From: an uncultured Bacilli bacterium
GTDB lineage: Bacteria; Bacillota_I; Bacilli_A; RF39; UBA660
Assembly: GCA_934101225.1 (NCBI GenBank)
Contig: CAKOQK010000003.1
Coordinates: 6,186-70,185 of the forward strand
DNA: 64,000 nucleotides
Direction: 5' to 3'
The translations under genes were made by a program, and so were the position numbers. The notes beneath the pieces were generated by a model. That model was given only the letters and a program-made list of their open reading frames with translations, did not search any database and was not told where the DNA came from. This document shows positions 39,423 to 49,273 of the stretch, piece by piece (the stretch's first letter is position 1; each line of letters begins with the position of its first letter).

Positions 39423-40471
39423 TTTTCAAGTTCCTTTTTCTTAATTGAATCAGAATATACATAATTTTCCATATCATAATTAAAATTATTAATTATATTT
39501 TTTCTTGCATTTTCACTTAAACTTGAAATTCTGCTATCATTAACTAATGGATCAATATATCTTATTTTAGCTCTAGATCTCACCGAGTAATAATCACCAG
39601 GCATATTTTTAGAAACTTTAACATCTTTCATATTTGCCCATTTGTCAAAGACATCTTTTAATCTAGATTTATAAATTATTTCAGCAACTTCATCATCACT
39701 TAATTCATATAAATCATCAATAGATATTAATTTATTTTTAACTAACCATTTCAAAATATCACTTAATAATCCCATTGAAAATCTTGTTTTATCATCACGA
39801 TACAATATTGATAACCTACTAGTTAACTCCACAAATTTATCTGCAATATCTTCATCATCAAAACATAATTCTAATTCTTTATCTTCATTAACTCCCACAT
39901 AAATATTTTCATAAAATCTTTTTATTTCTTCCATATCACATAATTCATTTACAAACAAAGCATTTGAAAGAGAATATTCTAATCTATCAGCAGATAATTT
40001 AGGTGTATCATTATCAGCAATCGGATATATATGATAATCATCAACCTCTTCTAATTTAATCTTATCTCTTTCAAGTAATGTCATAATTTCTTTTGAATTC
40101 TTAATAATATCTGAGGTCTTTTCTTCTGTTGATTCTTGTTTATCAGCATCTCCATTAAATATATCAACAGTATGCTTAAAAACAGGAGAAGCAATATCAT
40201 GAAATAATCCTGCCAAAGTTTGTTTCTTATCAGCTGTAAAATTCCAAACAATTAAAGCAACACCAACACTATGATCTAAACTTGTATAAGGATAACCATA
40301 TTTAAACATTTTTGAATATATTTTACCACATGTTACACTTATTTCCTTTTGATGTTGCATTTCTTTAGTAAAAATATAATCATTTAAAAAAAGAGGAAAA
40401 TCCCATGACAATATTCCATAATACTCTTTTAACCTATTATCTATTGTATCCAAATAATTCAATTTTATCAT
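39419..40471 (-). CDS. HD domain phosphohydrolase
   Basis: 350 aa with H...HD motif (LAGLFHDIASPVFKH). Confidence 0.55.
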   Translation of the reverse strand: MIKLNYLDTIDNRLKEYYGILSWDFPLFLNDYIFTKEMQHQKEISVTCGKIYSKMFKYGYPYTSLDHSVGVALIVWNFTADKKQTLAGLFHDIASPVFKHTVDIFNGDADKQESTEEKTSDIIKNSKEIMTLLERDKIKLEEVDDYHIYPIADNDTPKLSADRLEYSLSNALFVNELCDMEEIKRFYENIYVGVNEDKELELCFDDEDIADKFVELTSRLSILYRDDKTRFSMGLLSDILKWLVKNKLISIDDLYELSDDEVAEIIYKSRLKDVFDKWANMKDVKVSKNMPGDYYSVRSRAKIRYIDPLVNDSRISSLSENARKNIINNFNYDMENYVYSDSIKKKELEK

Positions 40472-40815
40472 TTCCCTCTTTTTTTAGTTCTTTCCAAATA
40501 ATATTTTTTATCAAAACCACCATTTTTCATCTTTTTCATCATAGCTACATCGTTAACTTCTTGCATATTAACATTTATAGACTTAGCTAAATAATTTATA
40601 ACTTCTAGAACATCTGCTAGTTCCATAACCATATCCGCGCTTGTTCCATTATTAAAAGCATCAACTACCTCATTGCATTCTTCTTTTAGTTTATTTAAAA
40701 GTTCTTTTTGATATTCAATATCATCAAGCACTCTATATAAAGCAATTTCATCATTATTGGTTATCTTGTCAATTATATTATCTCTTACTAACTTATTATA
40801 TATTTTTTCTTCCAT
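40468..40815 (-). CDS. MazG-like nucleotide pyrophosphohydrolase (small all-alpha NTP-PPase)
   Basis: 115 aa with EExxEVxxA...ELADVLEV pattern. Confidence 0.55.
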   Translation of the reverse strand: MEEKIYNKLVRDNIIDKITNNDEIALYRVLDDIEYQKELLNKLKEECNEVVDAFNNGTSADMVMELADVLEVINYLAKSINVNMQEVNDVAMMKKMKNGGFDKKYYLERTKKRGK

Positions 40816-41591
40816 TAATTTTCCTTATTAATTTCTTTTTTAAAATTTAAACTAACTCCACCTATAGTAGAATTAATATTAATATTTTTTTCACCACTTC
40901 CAAGTGAAACATCTTTAGAATAATTTATTCCATTAACTAAAATGCTTCCTATTTTCTTAGTTACATTAGACTTATAATTATCCATACTATCATTTATCAT
41001 TAATGTTATATCTCCTATACTTGAAATAATATTTAATTCTTCATTTATATTTGCATCAACATCTATATTACCAACTGAATTATTAATTAAAACAGTATTA
41101 AATTTAGACTTATTAACATTGATATCCCCAACATTATTATTTATGCTTATTTCATTTAAAACTAAATTATTTACTTTAATATCTCCATATTTATTTTTTA
41201 TACTTAAAATATTAATTATTTCTTCAGGAATAACAATATCTAGTTTACATTTATTTTTATTAAATATATTTTTATTATCACTTTCAATATTTAAAACAGT
41301 ATTATCTAAATTAGTAACTAATTTTTCATCATTAGTTTCAAGTTTAAACTCTTCACCTGCATCAATGCTTATATTACATGTATTAATATCAATATTTATT
41401 TTAGAAAATTCTAAATCATTTATTTCTTTTTTTACTGTATCTTTTAATAAGTTATCTTCTTTTTTAATTTCATCCGTTATAGATTTATAAATTTCAGTTC
41501 CTACTAAAATTGGAATATAAAAGATAAACCCAATTAAAACAAACGCAAATAAAGTTGCCAAATATTTAATTACTTTTTGAGCATCATTCAT
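40815..41591 (-). CDS. DUF4097-like (putative adhesin beta-helix repeats) membrane-anchored protein
   Basis: 258 aa, N-terminal TM, repeated NNxVGDINV segments. Confidence 0.45.
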   Translation of the reverse strand: MNDAQKVIKYLATLFAFVLIGFIFYIPILVGTEIYKSITDEIKKEDNLLKDTVKKEINDLEFSKINIDINTCNISIDAGEEFKLETNDEKLVTNLDNTVLNIESDNKNIFNKNKCKLDIVIPEEIINILSIKNKYGDIKVNNLVLNEISINNNVGDINVNKSKFNTVLINNSVGNIDVDANINEELNIISSIGDITLMINDSMDNYKSNVTKKIGSILVNGINYSKDVSLGSGEKNININSTIGGVSLNFKKEINKEN

Positions 41592-42277
41592 TTAATATCA
41601 ATTCCTCCAAACAAGATAGTTCCTTTAATATAAATTGTTTTAACATTTTCCTTAGATTTATTTCTACTAGTTTTATTATCAACACCACCAAAAATATTAG
41701 TTGTTTTAACTACCACATTTACATCTTTAGGAACTTTAATAATAACTCCACCAAATACAACATAATTATTAATTACAATATCTTCATCAATAATTGCATT
41801 TCTTAAATCTAAACTTACACTACCAAATATTGAATTAATTGCACAATTATCTAATTTCTCATTATCTAAATTAATTTTTTCTTCTGAAAAAGTAGATGTA
41901 TAAGTATGCTCCATATCTATTTCTTTATCATTTATTTTTCCTATATTTTTAACAGCAATATTTTTAACTTTATCTTTAAATATTATAGATAAACCAATTA
42001 CAACTAAAATAACAGGAATTAATAATTTAAAAATTAAACTAAAATCAATTACATCTTGACATGATAATAATAAAAATAAACCTATTATTAATCCTATCAA
42101 AGCACCAGTTCTATCTTCTCCCTTAATTAAACCATTTAAAGATGGAACAATAATAAACACTGTCCACCATCCATCAAAAAATAAATTAATATTTGTTACT
42201 CCAAAAGTATTTAGTCCTAAAATTATTCCAACTAAAATTAAGAACAATCCCCAAATATAATTACTAACCATTTTCAT
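41588..42277 (-). CDS. LiaF-like membrane protein (4 TM + C-terminal DUF4097-like region)
   Basis: 229 aa, four N-terminal TM helices. First gene of an operon running to asnB. Confidence 0.4.
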   Translation of the reverse strand: MKMVSNYIWGLFLILVGIILGLNTFGVTNINLFFDGWWTVFIIVPSLNGLIKGEDRTGALIGLIIGLFLLLSCQDVIDFSLIFKLLIPVILVVIGLSIIFKDKVKNIAVKNIGKINDKEIDMEHTYTSTFSEEKINLDNEKLDNCAINSIFGSVSLDLRNAIIDEDIVINNYVVFGGVIIKVPKDVNVVVKTTNIFGGVDNKTSRNKSKENVKTIYIKGTILFGGIDIK

Positions 42278-42471
42278 AAAACCACAATCCTCTCTCTAAA
42301 AACATTTTAGCATGATTAATCGTAAATGAATACAATATTTTATACTTTAATTAATTTATTTTAAAAATAAAACAAATGTATGTATATAAATACAAAATAA
42401 AAACAATCAATATATTATTTATATAATCTTATTGATTATTTTTTACTATCTCATTATTTGTTAATATTTAC

Positions 42472-42855
42472 TTATTTAACTCTATGTGTTTTTTTGCCTT
42501 CATTAAATCTATTATTTAATAAAGCATAACCAACAACATCCTTATCAATTTGATATTTGCCAATTTGATTAGATTTAGATATTAAACCTTCTTTACAAAT
42601 ATCGATATCAAAAGGAGATTCAACATAATATCTAGAATATTCATCATGCATTATATATCCTTTTAAAATCCCATCATCACATCGATAATAAACTGGCATC
42701 AATTCATCATTACCAATCATTTCAGCATAAATGCTATTATCATCTGTTAAAACAAATTTAAAAATAACTATTTGTTCAAAATTTTTATCATCAAAAGATT
42801 TAAGAATTCCCTTAAAATATTTATTATCTAAATTTTTTTCATGTAAATTATCCAT
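42472..42855 (-). CDS. hypothetical protein (127 aa)
   Basis: Intact ORF. No motif recognised. Confidence 0.4.
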   Translation of the reverse strand: MDNLHEKNLDNKYFKGILKSFDDKNFEQIVIFKFVLTDDNSIYAEMIGNDELMPVYYRCDDGILKGYIMHDEYSRYYVESPFDIDICKEGLISKSNQIGKYQIDKDVVGYALLNNRFNEGKKTHRVK

Positions 42856-42917
42856 ACTTTCCCTCTTTCAAAGCATATATTAGCACATTCATTATAAAAA
42901 AGTAAATATATATTAAT

Positions 42918-43565
42918 TTACCATTTTATTTCCTTTAAACCTTTACTCTTTAAATAATTATTACATTTAGAAAATGGCTTAGAACCAAAAAATCCATTAT
43001 ATGCACTAAAAGGTGATGGATGAGCACTCTCAATAATAAAATTATTTTTAATTAACGCTTTCTTACTTCTTGCATAATTACCCCATAGTATAAAAACAAC
43101 ATCTTTTTTATTATTATCTATTAATTTAATCACATCATCAGTAAATTGTTGCCAGCCAATATTACTATGGCTATTCGCATTATCTTTTTCAACAGTTAAA
43201 GTTGAGTTAAGCATCAAAACCCCCTGCCTAGCCCATGAACTTAAATCACCACTTGTTCTTATAGGAACTCCTAAATCATCATATAGTTCTTTATAAATAT
43301 TTTTTAAACTTGGAGGTAATTTTACACCATCTCTAACTGAAAATGAAAGTCCATGTGCTTCACCCACGCCATGATATGGATCTTGTCCTACAATTACAAC
43401 TTTAACATTAGCAAAAGGAGTTAATCTAAATGCATTAAAGACTTCATGCTTAGGCGGAAATATTACTTTATTTTTATATTCATTTTGCACTTTTAAAAGT
43501 AACGGTCTAAAATATTCACCATCATATATATTTTTTAAAACCTTATCCCAATCATTACCAATCAT
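42918..43565 (-). CDS. ung: uracil-DNA glycosylase (family 1)
   Basis: 215 aa with VVIVGQDPYHG, GVLMLNSTLTV and ESAHPSP motifs. Start overlaps the nrtR stop. Confidence 0.9.
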   Translation of the reverse strand: MIGNDWDKVLKNIYDGEYFRPLLLKVQNEYKNKVIFPPKHEVFNAFRLTPFANVKVVIVGQDPYHGVGEAHGLSFSVRDGVKLPPSLKNIYKELYDDLGVPIRTSGDLSSWARQGVLMLNSTLTVEKDNANSHSNIGWQQFTDDVIKLIDNNKKDVVFILWGNYARSKKALIKNNFIIESAHPSPFSAYNGFFGSKPFSKCNNYLKSKGLKEIKW

Positions 43566-43567
43566 AA

Positions 43568-44392
43568 TTAATCCTTCTTATATCTAAATAATCTAGATGG
43601 CCTATGTCCTTCACCAGTTTTATAATCATCCGTTGCTTCAACCTTATTAGCAATAATTCTTCTAAAAGCAGGATCTAGTAATTTCTTATTAAGAATAACC
43701 TCATAAACTTGTTGTAACTCTCCCAATGTAAACTCCTTAGGCATCATATTAAACACAATATCTGTATACATTATCTTATTTTTTAATCTTTCAATTCCAG
43801 ATAAAATAACTAACGCATGATCAAACGCTAAATCATTATTTTCAACTATTTCAAACTTATATCTATCAGTTGTTTTATCTTTTAATATCTTCTTAATTCT
43901 AGTTTTTAATACATCTTTACCATTATCAAGAATAATTGTAACAATTTCATTTTCCTCTTTAACACTAACATTAAACCAAGAAGCATTTTCCATTAGTTTA
44001 GTATTTAATCTATTTTTATCAATTAATGCCATATAAGCAGTTGAAACAATACGCATTCTAGGATCTCTATGAACATCACCAAATGTATATAATTGTTCTA
44101 AATAAATATTATCTAAATTAGTTTCTCTTTTTAATATCCTATTTGGAGCATCTTCTAAGTCTTCATGTACATCTAAAAAACCTCCTGGTAAACACCATTT
44201 ATCCTTAAATGGATAATCATATCTTTTAACTAATAATATACTCATATTTTTTTTTGAAGTTTTACGATAATTATCAACCTTTTCATTTGCAATTGAAATA
44301 ATTAATATATCAGTTGTTAATGATAACTTTTCAAATTTACTTGAATCATAATGTTTTAAAAATTCTTCTTCACTTTTATACATAATTAGCAT
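43568..44392 (-). CDS. nrtR: NrtR-like transcriptional regulator (N-terminal Nudix domain + C-terminal winged-helix)
   Basis: 274 aa (or 271 aa if the start is at ATG 44383, which has better SD spacing). Degenerate Nudix box (GGFLDVHEDLEDAPNRILKRETNL) followed by a roughly 100-aa wHTH-like C-terminus. Adjacent to the NAD salvage operon. Confidence 0.65.
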   Translation of the reverse strand: MLIMYKSEEEFLKHYDSSKFEKLSLTTDILIISIANEKVDNYRKTSKKNMSILLVKRYDYPFKDKWCLPGGFLDVHEDLEDAPNRILKRETNLDNIYLEQLYTFGDVHRDPRMRIVSTAYMALIDKNRLNTKLMENASWFNVSVKEENEIVTIILDNGKDVLKTRIKKILKDKTTDRYKFEIVENNDLAFDHALVILSGIERLKNKIMYTDIVFNMMPKEFTLGELQQVYEVILNKKLLDPAFRRIIANKVEATDDYKTGEGHRPSRLFRYKKD

Positions 44393-44475
44393 CTCCTCTT
44401 ATTAACAATTTAATTATATCATATTTAAAAAGAAAACACGATATTTTTTAATTATGAAATATCGTGCATTTTTTC

Positions 44476-44505
44476 TTGACCTAACATCTAATAATTTGGT
44501 ATTCT
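44476..44505 (+). promoter_or_regulatory. promoter of small-peptide module 1 (TTGACC-18-TGgTATTCT)
   Basis: -35 at 44476-44481, TG-extended -10 at 44497-44505. Duplicated almost exactly at 44849-44878. Confidence 0.5.
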
Positions 44506-44574
44506 ATTACCTAAGGAACATTTAATTGTTTAGGTGATTACCTCTATTCTTTTTTATAGAAAGAGGTGATAGTT

Positions 44575-44670
44575 GTGAATAAGAAATTATTATATTTTAT
44601 TTTAATTAATTTATTTATAATTATTTTTATTTTATTCTATATTATTATTAAAATAATAGTGTTAAAATAA
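44575..44670 (+). CDS. 31-aa hydrophobic peptide (VNKKLLYFILINLFIIIFILFYIIIKIIVLK), candidate type I toxin-like
   Basis: GTG start 5 nt after SD gaggtga. The SD lies inside an imperfect hairpin (ggtgattacctct...agaggtgat). Followed by two 3' hairpins: 44717-44739 (cacttaa/ttaagtg, T-run 44744-44749) and 44755-44773 (atgtaag/cttacat). Confidence 0.4.
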   Translation: MNKKLLYFILINLFIIIFILFYIIIKIIVLK

Positions 44671-44848
44671 AAACCACCATAAACAGGGGGTTTTGTGAAA
44701 ACTACAAAAAGGTAATCACTTAACATCCAAAATTAAGTGTTCCTTTTTTATTTTATGTAAGTCTTCCTTACATATTCATACTATCATATTTTTAAATTAT
44801 CTTCAAGATGTTAATTAGTTCAAATATGAAATATCGTGCATTTTTTTC

Positions 44849-44878
44849 TTGACCTAACATCTAATAATCTGATATTCT
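44849..44878 (+). promoter_or_regulatory. promoter of small-peptide module 2 (TTGACC-18-TGaTATTCT)
   Basis: -35 at 44849-44854, extended -10 at 44870-44878. Confidence 0.5.
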
Positions 44879-44948
44879 ATTCCTTAAGGAACATTTAATT
44901 GTTAGTGTGATTGCCTTTTTTCAAACATTATTGAAAGAAGGTGATGTT

Positions 44949-45083
44949 ATGAGCAAGAAAGATTGCTTAATTTTTATCTTACTTATAATTATCATATTAT
45001 TAATAGTAGTTATCTTGTCTAAAACTACTACTAATACAAAAATTTCACCTAACACAGGGGTGTTTTGGTGTTTTTTCCTATAA
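44949..45083 (+). CDS. 44-aa hydrophobic peptide (MSKKDCLIFILLIIIILLIVVILSKTTTNTKISPNTGVFWCFFL), candidate type I toxin-like
   Basis: ATG preceded by gaaggtga inside a hairpin-prone region. Single TM helix with a polar C-tail. Followed by two 3' hairpins: 45091-45114 (cacttaa/ttaagtg, T-run 45120-45125) and 45131-45149 (atgtaag/cttacat). Confidence 0.4.
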   Translation: MSKKDCLIFILLIIIILLIVVILSKTTTNTKISPNTGVFWCFFL

Positions 45084-45216
45084 AGGTAATCACTTAACAT
45101 TCTCCAAATTAAGTGTTCCTTTTTTATTTTATGTAAGTCTTCCTTACATATTCATATTATCAAATTTTAATAATTTGTACAAGTATTACTAACGTAATTT
45201 CATACATTAATAAATA

Positions 45217-46623
45217 TTAAACAAGCTCCTTTAAAGCCTTTTTAAGTTTATCTAACATCTCAACAATCTCTTCTTCACTTTTAGCAAAAGTAAATCTTCC
45301 AACCAATTCATACTCATTCGGCCAAGCAATACTTTTTCCAATTAAATATCTTAAATTAATTTTTTTATATAAATAAATCAATAAATCTTCATCAGAATTT
45401 ATTATTCCATCTTTATAACGTTTACCCTTTAATGCAGTAAAATCAAGTAAAATAAAGAATCCCGCCTTAACATCACATTTAATTTTAACACCATCTATTC
45501 CCATATTTATATCATAATTAGAAGCATATCTTTTAATAGATTCAACCACTCTATTACGATATTTTTTATCACAACAATTAATTCCCATAATCATAGTCTT
45601 AAATAAATTATAACGATACTTATATTCTTCTCTTAACTTACTAAAATATTTGTTATATTCTATCTCACTACTGCCAAACGCCCCAGCAAGAGCCTCACCA
45701 ATAATTGCTGGCACTGCATCTATTTCTCTAAATATTTTATTAACAATCTCTCTAATAATTATTTCATCTGCAACAACAAATCCAGCTCTTAAACTTGCCA
45801 TCCCATAAGATTTCGAAAGACCAAATAAAGATATCGTATTTTTAAACATTCCACTTAAACTAGCAATAGGTTTAGCAATATCATTATCAAAACATATATC
45901 ACGATAAATTAAATCATCAATAATAAACATATTATTATCTTTAATAACCTTGCCAAGTTCTTCTAATCTATCTTTATCTGATTCACCCATATAATTACCT
46001 AAAGGATTATTCGGATTACTATTTAAATAAGCAACAACCCTAGGAACATAATTTAAATCTTTATATTTAACCCTAAGTTCATCATTAATCTCTTTAATTT
46101 TTCGTTCTAACATCTTTGGATTAATCAAATAATTATCCTCTTCTAATAAAGGAACAACAAGAGTATTAACATTTAATCTTTCCGGTTTAAAAGTAAATAA
46201 TCCGTAATTAGGAGCAGTAGTTAAAATAACATCATAAGGTCTTGCTATTATATCAATAACATAATTAAAAGCCTGACTAGTAGAAACACACATCGTTAAA
46301 TTATTTACCGATAAGCCCTTATTATCAATATCTTCATAATTATATACATCATCATTCCTAATTCCTATTTTTTCTACATAATCAAGAAGAACTTTCCTAA
46401 CCCTATCATCACCCTCAGAATAAGGATATTTATATAACTCATTACCATGAATGTACCTATCTAGTCTTTTAATAACTTCCGGATAAGCATCATAACATAA
46501 TGGATTTCCACTTGTAAAATTAATATCTTTTTTACTATCATATAAATTATTTAAAATATAATCATAAACCCTGAATCCATCTTCAACACCTTTAACATAT
46601 TTAGAAAAAGGTTTATTATCCAT
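45217..46623 (-). CDS. PLP-dependent aminotransferase (class I/II)
   Basis: 468 aa with a PLP-lysine region FGLSKSYGMASLRAGF. Confidence 0.65.
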   Translation of the reverse strand: MDNKPFSKYVKGVEDGFRVYDYILNNLYDSKKDINFTSGNPLCYDAYPEVIKRLDRYIHGNELYKYPYSEGDDRVRKVLLDYVEKIGIRNDDVYNYEDIDNKGLSVNNLTMCVSTSQAFNYVIDIIARPYDVILTTAPNYGLFTFKPERLNVNTLVVPLLEEDNYLINPKMLERKIKEINDELRVKYKDLNYVPRVVAYLNSNPNNPLGNYMGESDKDRLEELGKVIKDNNMFIIDDLIYRDICFDNDIAKPIASLSGMFKNTISLFGLSKSYGMASLRAGFVVADEIIIREIVNKIFREIDAVPAIIGEALAGAFGSSEIEYNKYFSKLREEYKYRYNLFKTMIMGINCCDKKYRNRVVESIKRYASNYDINMGIDGVKIKCDVKAGFFILLDFTALKGKRYKDGIINSDEDLLIYLYKKINLRYLIGKSIAWPNEYELVGRFTFAKSEEEIVEMLDKLKKALKELV

Positions 46624-46719
46624 TCTTTTCCCTACATCAGGAAATCCAAACTTTCTTTATTTCAAATAAGGATATCTTTTTAAAATATCGCCAAATAACT
46701 TATCCATAATTATTATCTC

Positions 46720-47505
46720 CTAACCTAAAAACTTTTCATTTATTTTCTTAATAAAATTATATCCATTCTTTCTAAAACACTTTATCGTCTTATTTTCCAT
46801 CAAAACTTCAACCTTACTTATATTATTAAACACTTTATTTTCCCCATCAAACGTAATTAACAAATCATTCGTATCATTTAGAATCAAAGTTATTAATTTA
46901 TTATCAGGAAGAACTAAAGGACCTAACAAATTACGATAAGTTTTACTATTTAAAGGTGCAATAGGTGTTATTTGTAAACTATGAAATGTATTATAAACAA
47001 TAGCACCACCTAAACTTAAATTATAAGCTGTCGAACCAAAACTAGTCGATATAACAACTCCATCTCCTACAAAATTTTCTAATTTCTCATTATCAATTTC
47101 AATATTTAATTTTAAAGTTTTAAAATCACTAGATCTAAACACAAATTCATTTAAAGCATTTAATTCATATATTTTATCTTTAACATATATTTTTGCTTTA
47201 ACAACTTTAATTTCTTCTTTAAAATAATTATTATTTTTTAAATCATCAACCAGTTCATCTATATTTTCAACACTTATATCTTGAGCAAACCCAAGGGTTC
47301 CCGTATTAACTCCTAAAAATAAAGTATCACTATTAAAATTGGTTTCTCTAACCATTCTAAGAAAAGCCCCATCACCACCTATAGCAATAGCATAATCATA
47401 ATTATCATTATCCAAAATAAATCCATTGTTTTCTAATTTCTTAGCTAACTTCTCATAAACCTCAATAGACTTTTCATTATTATTATAAAATATTTTAACT
47501 TTCAT
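46720..47505 (-). CDS. nadK: NAD kinase
   Basis: 261 aa with a GGDGAFL motif. Confidence 0.85.
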   Translation of the reverse strand: MKVKIFYNNNEKSIEVYEKLAKKLENNGFILDNDNYDYAIAIGGDGAFLRMVRETNFNSDTLFLGVNTGTLGFAQDISVENIDELVDDLKNNNYFKEEIKVVKAKIYVKDKIYELNALNEFVFRSSDFKTLKLNIEIDNEKLENFVGDGVVISTSFGSTAYNLSLGGAIVYNTFHSLQITPIAPLNSKTYRNLLGPLVLPDNKLITLILNDTNDLLITFDGENKVFNNISKVEVLMENKTIKCFRKNGYNFIKKINEKFLG

Positions 47506-47506
47506 T

Positions 47507-47974
47507 TTACTTATAAATCTCTAATAAGCTTTTACTTATATTCTCCATAATATATTTTTTATTATTTAATCTAGTATCATTTATCGCAATTAATTCATAT
47601 TCATAATATTTATCACTATTCTTATCATAAATAGCATAATAAATTTTATTATCATCACCAAATAAATTATTTTCGTCAACTCTATTAATCTTACCTGTAA
47701 TCCCAACACCAATATCGCTACTTGCAAAATCACTAATATTTTTAGCCATTTCTCTAGCTACATTCATACTATAAACTGAATATTTATCAATTACTTCCTT
47801 ACTAACTCCCATTTTAATCTTATACTCATTAGAATAAGTAACTGCACTAAATTTTAAAACATTACTTGATCCATCAATATCTGTTATTGAACTTGCTACG
47901 AAACCTCCAGTACATGACTCCATAGTTGCAATTGTCATTTTCTTTTCTATTAATAAATTAACTACATCCCTCAT
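47507..47974 (-). CDS. pncC: CinA C-terminal domain protein (nicotinamide-nucleotide amidohydrolase PncC-like)
   Basis: 155 aa with TIATMESCTGGFVAS. Confidence 0.65.
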   Translation of the reverse strand: MRDVVNLLIEKKMTIATMESCTGGFVASSITDIDGSSNVLKFSAVTYSNEYKIKMGVSKEVIDKYSVYSMNVAREMAKNISDFASSDIGVGITGKINRVDENNLFGDDNKIYYAIYDKNSDKYYEYELIAINDTRLNNKKYIMENISKSLLEIYK

Positions 47975-48521
47975 AAAGTTTTTCCTTTCTTATATACTCT
48001 AAAACATTTTTATCAAGATACTTTTTTATTATATCATCATTATCAATATTATTCCTAATAAAAGTAGAACTTATATCATTATTTAATATATCCATAACAA
48101 CAACATTATCTTTTACTTCTATCTTATCATCACCCCTATTAATAACTAATAACTTATAATTACTTAAAATATATTCACTATTTTTCCAATTACTAATTTG
48201 TTTTAAATTATCAGCTCCCAATATAAAATAAATCTCACTACCTAAATACTTCTTCTTAAAATAATCTAAAGTTTCATAAGTATAAACAACTCTATCTTGA
48301 TTTTCATAATCACTTACAATCATATCATCATAATATTTAGTCAATATTTTAAGCATCTCTAATCTATATTTTATATCAACAAGATCATCTTTACTATATT
48401 TATTACCTGTTGGAACAAATATTACTTTATCTAAATACTTAAGTCTTAATAACTCCTTAGCAATATTTAAATGCATTAAGTGAGGAGGATTAAATGATCC
48501 TCCAAAAACTCCTATTCTCAT
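47958..48521 (-). CDS. nadD: nicotinate-nucleotide adenylyltransferase
   Basis: 187 aa with GVFGGSFNPPHLMHL. Confidence 0.85.
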   Translation of the reverse strand: MRIGVFGGSFNPPHLMHLNIAKELLRLKYLDKVIFVPTGNKYSKDDLVDIKYRLEMLKILTKYYDDMIVSDYENQDRVVYTYETLDYFKKKYLGSEIYFILGADNLKQISNWKNSEYILSNYKLLVINRGDDKIEVKDNVVVMDILNNDISSTFIRNNIDNDDIIKKYLDKNVLEYIRKEKLYEGCS

Positions 48522-48523
48522 AA

Positions 48524-49273
48524 CTATCTTTTTAAATAAGGAATAGTATATTTATGTAAAGAATTATTATGTAATTTTTCTATTTTACTTTTAACAATCT
48601 CATCATCTAATACACCACTTAAATACTTTTCTATATCACTATATTTAACACCTAACTTATCTTCATCACTTAATCCAGATAATCCATCACTTGGCTCTTT
48701 ATATAAAATCTTATCTGGAACATTTAGATATTCACCTATAGCAATAACTTCACTAACCGTATAATCTGTTAAAACACCAATATCATGAACTGAATCTCCA
48801 CCTTTAGTAAAATATCCAACATAACTTTCACATTTATTGCTTGTACCAGCAACTATATAAGTTTTACCTTTAATAGCCGAATATAACGCTGCTAAATAAT
48901 AACAACTTGCCATTCTAAGTCTTGGTTTTAAATTAATTTCACTGTTTTTTAACTCGTCACTTGTAAAATTACCTAACTTCTTAATTTCCTTAGTAAATAC
49001 ATCATAAGTATCAGTTAAATCTAAATTAATTAATTCAAAACCAAATGTATCAGCAACTAACTTAGCATCTTTTTTATCTTCCTCATTAGAGTGACATGGT
49101 AAAGTAACACCTAATACATTTTCTCTTCCAATAGCATCACACATAATAGCTGCTACAACTGCTGAATCTTTACCACCACTTATGCCTAAAACACATCCTC
49201 CTAAATTATTCTTTTTATAATATTCTCTAATAAAATTAATTAACTTTTTAGTTTCTACTTCTTTATTAAACAT
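48524..49273 (-). CDS. nadE: NH3-dependent NAD+ synthetase
   Basis: 249 aa with a PP-loop GISGGKDSAVVAAI. Confidence 0.85.
   Translation of the reverse strand: MFNKEVETKKLINFIREYYKKNNLGGCVLGISGGKDSAVVAAIMCDAIGRENVLGVTLPCHSNEEDKKDAKLVADTFGFELINLDLTDTYDVFTKEIKKLGNFTSDELKNSEINLKPRLRMASCYYLAALYSAIKGKTYIVAGTSNKCESYVGYFTKGGDSVHDIGVLTDYTVSEVIAIGEYLNVPDKILYKEPSDGLSGLSDEDKLGVKYSDIEKYLSGVLDDEIVKSKIEKLHNNSLHKYTIPYLKR

Noticed and set aside
40405-40590. 61-aa plus-strand ORF across the HD/MazG junction
   Set aside because: Antisense and low complexity.
41119-41490. 123-aa plus-strand ORF antisense to the DUF4097 gene
   Set aside because: Ser/Leu/Ile-rich antisense translation. The sense ORF has repeat structure explaining the open antisense frame.
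46624-46719. 16-codon ORF (MDKLFGDILKRYPYLK) between nadK and the aminotransferase with an upstream ggagat SD
   Set aside because: Too short and without conservation evidence. It may simply be intergenic sequence carrying the aminotransferase RBS.
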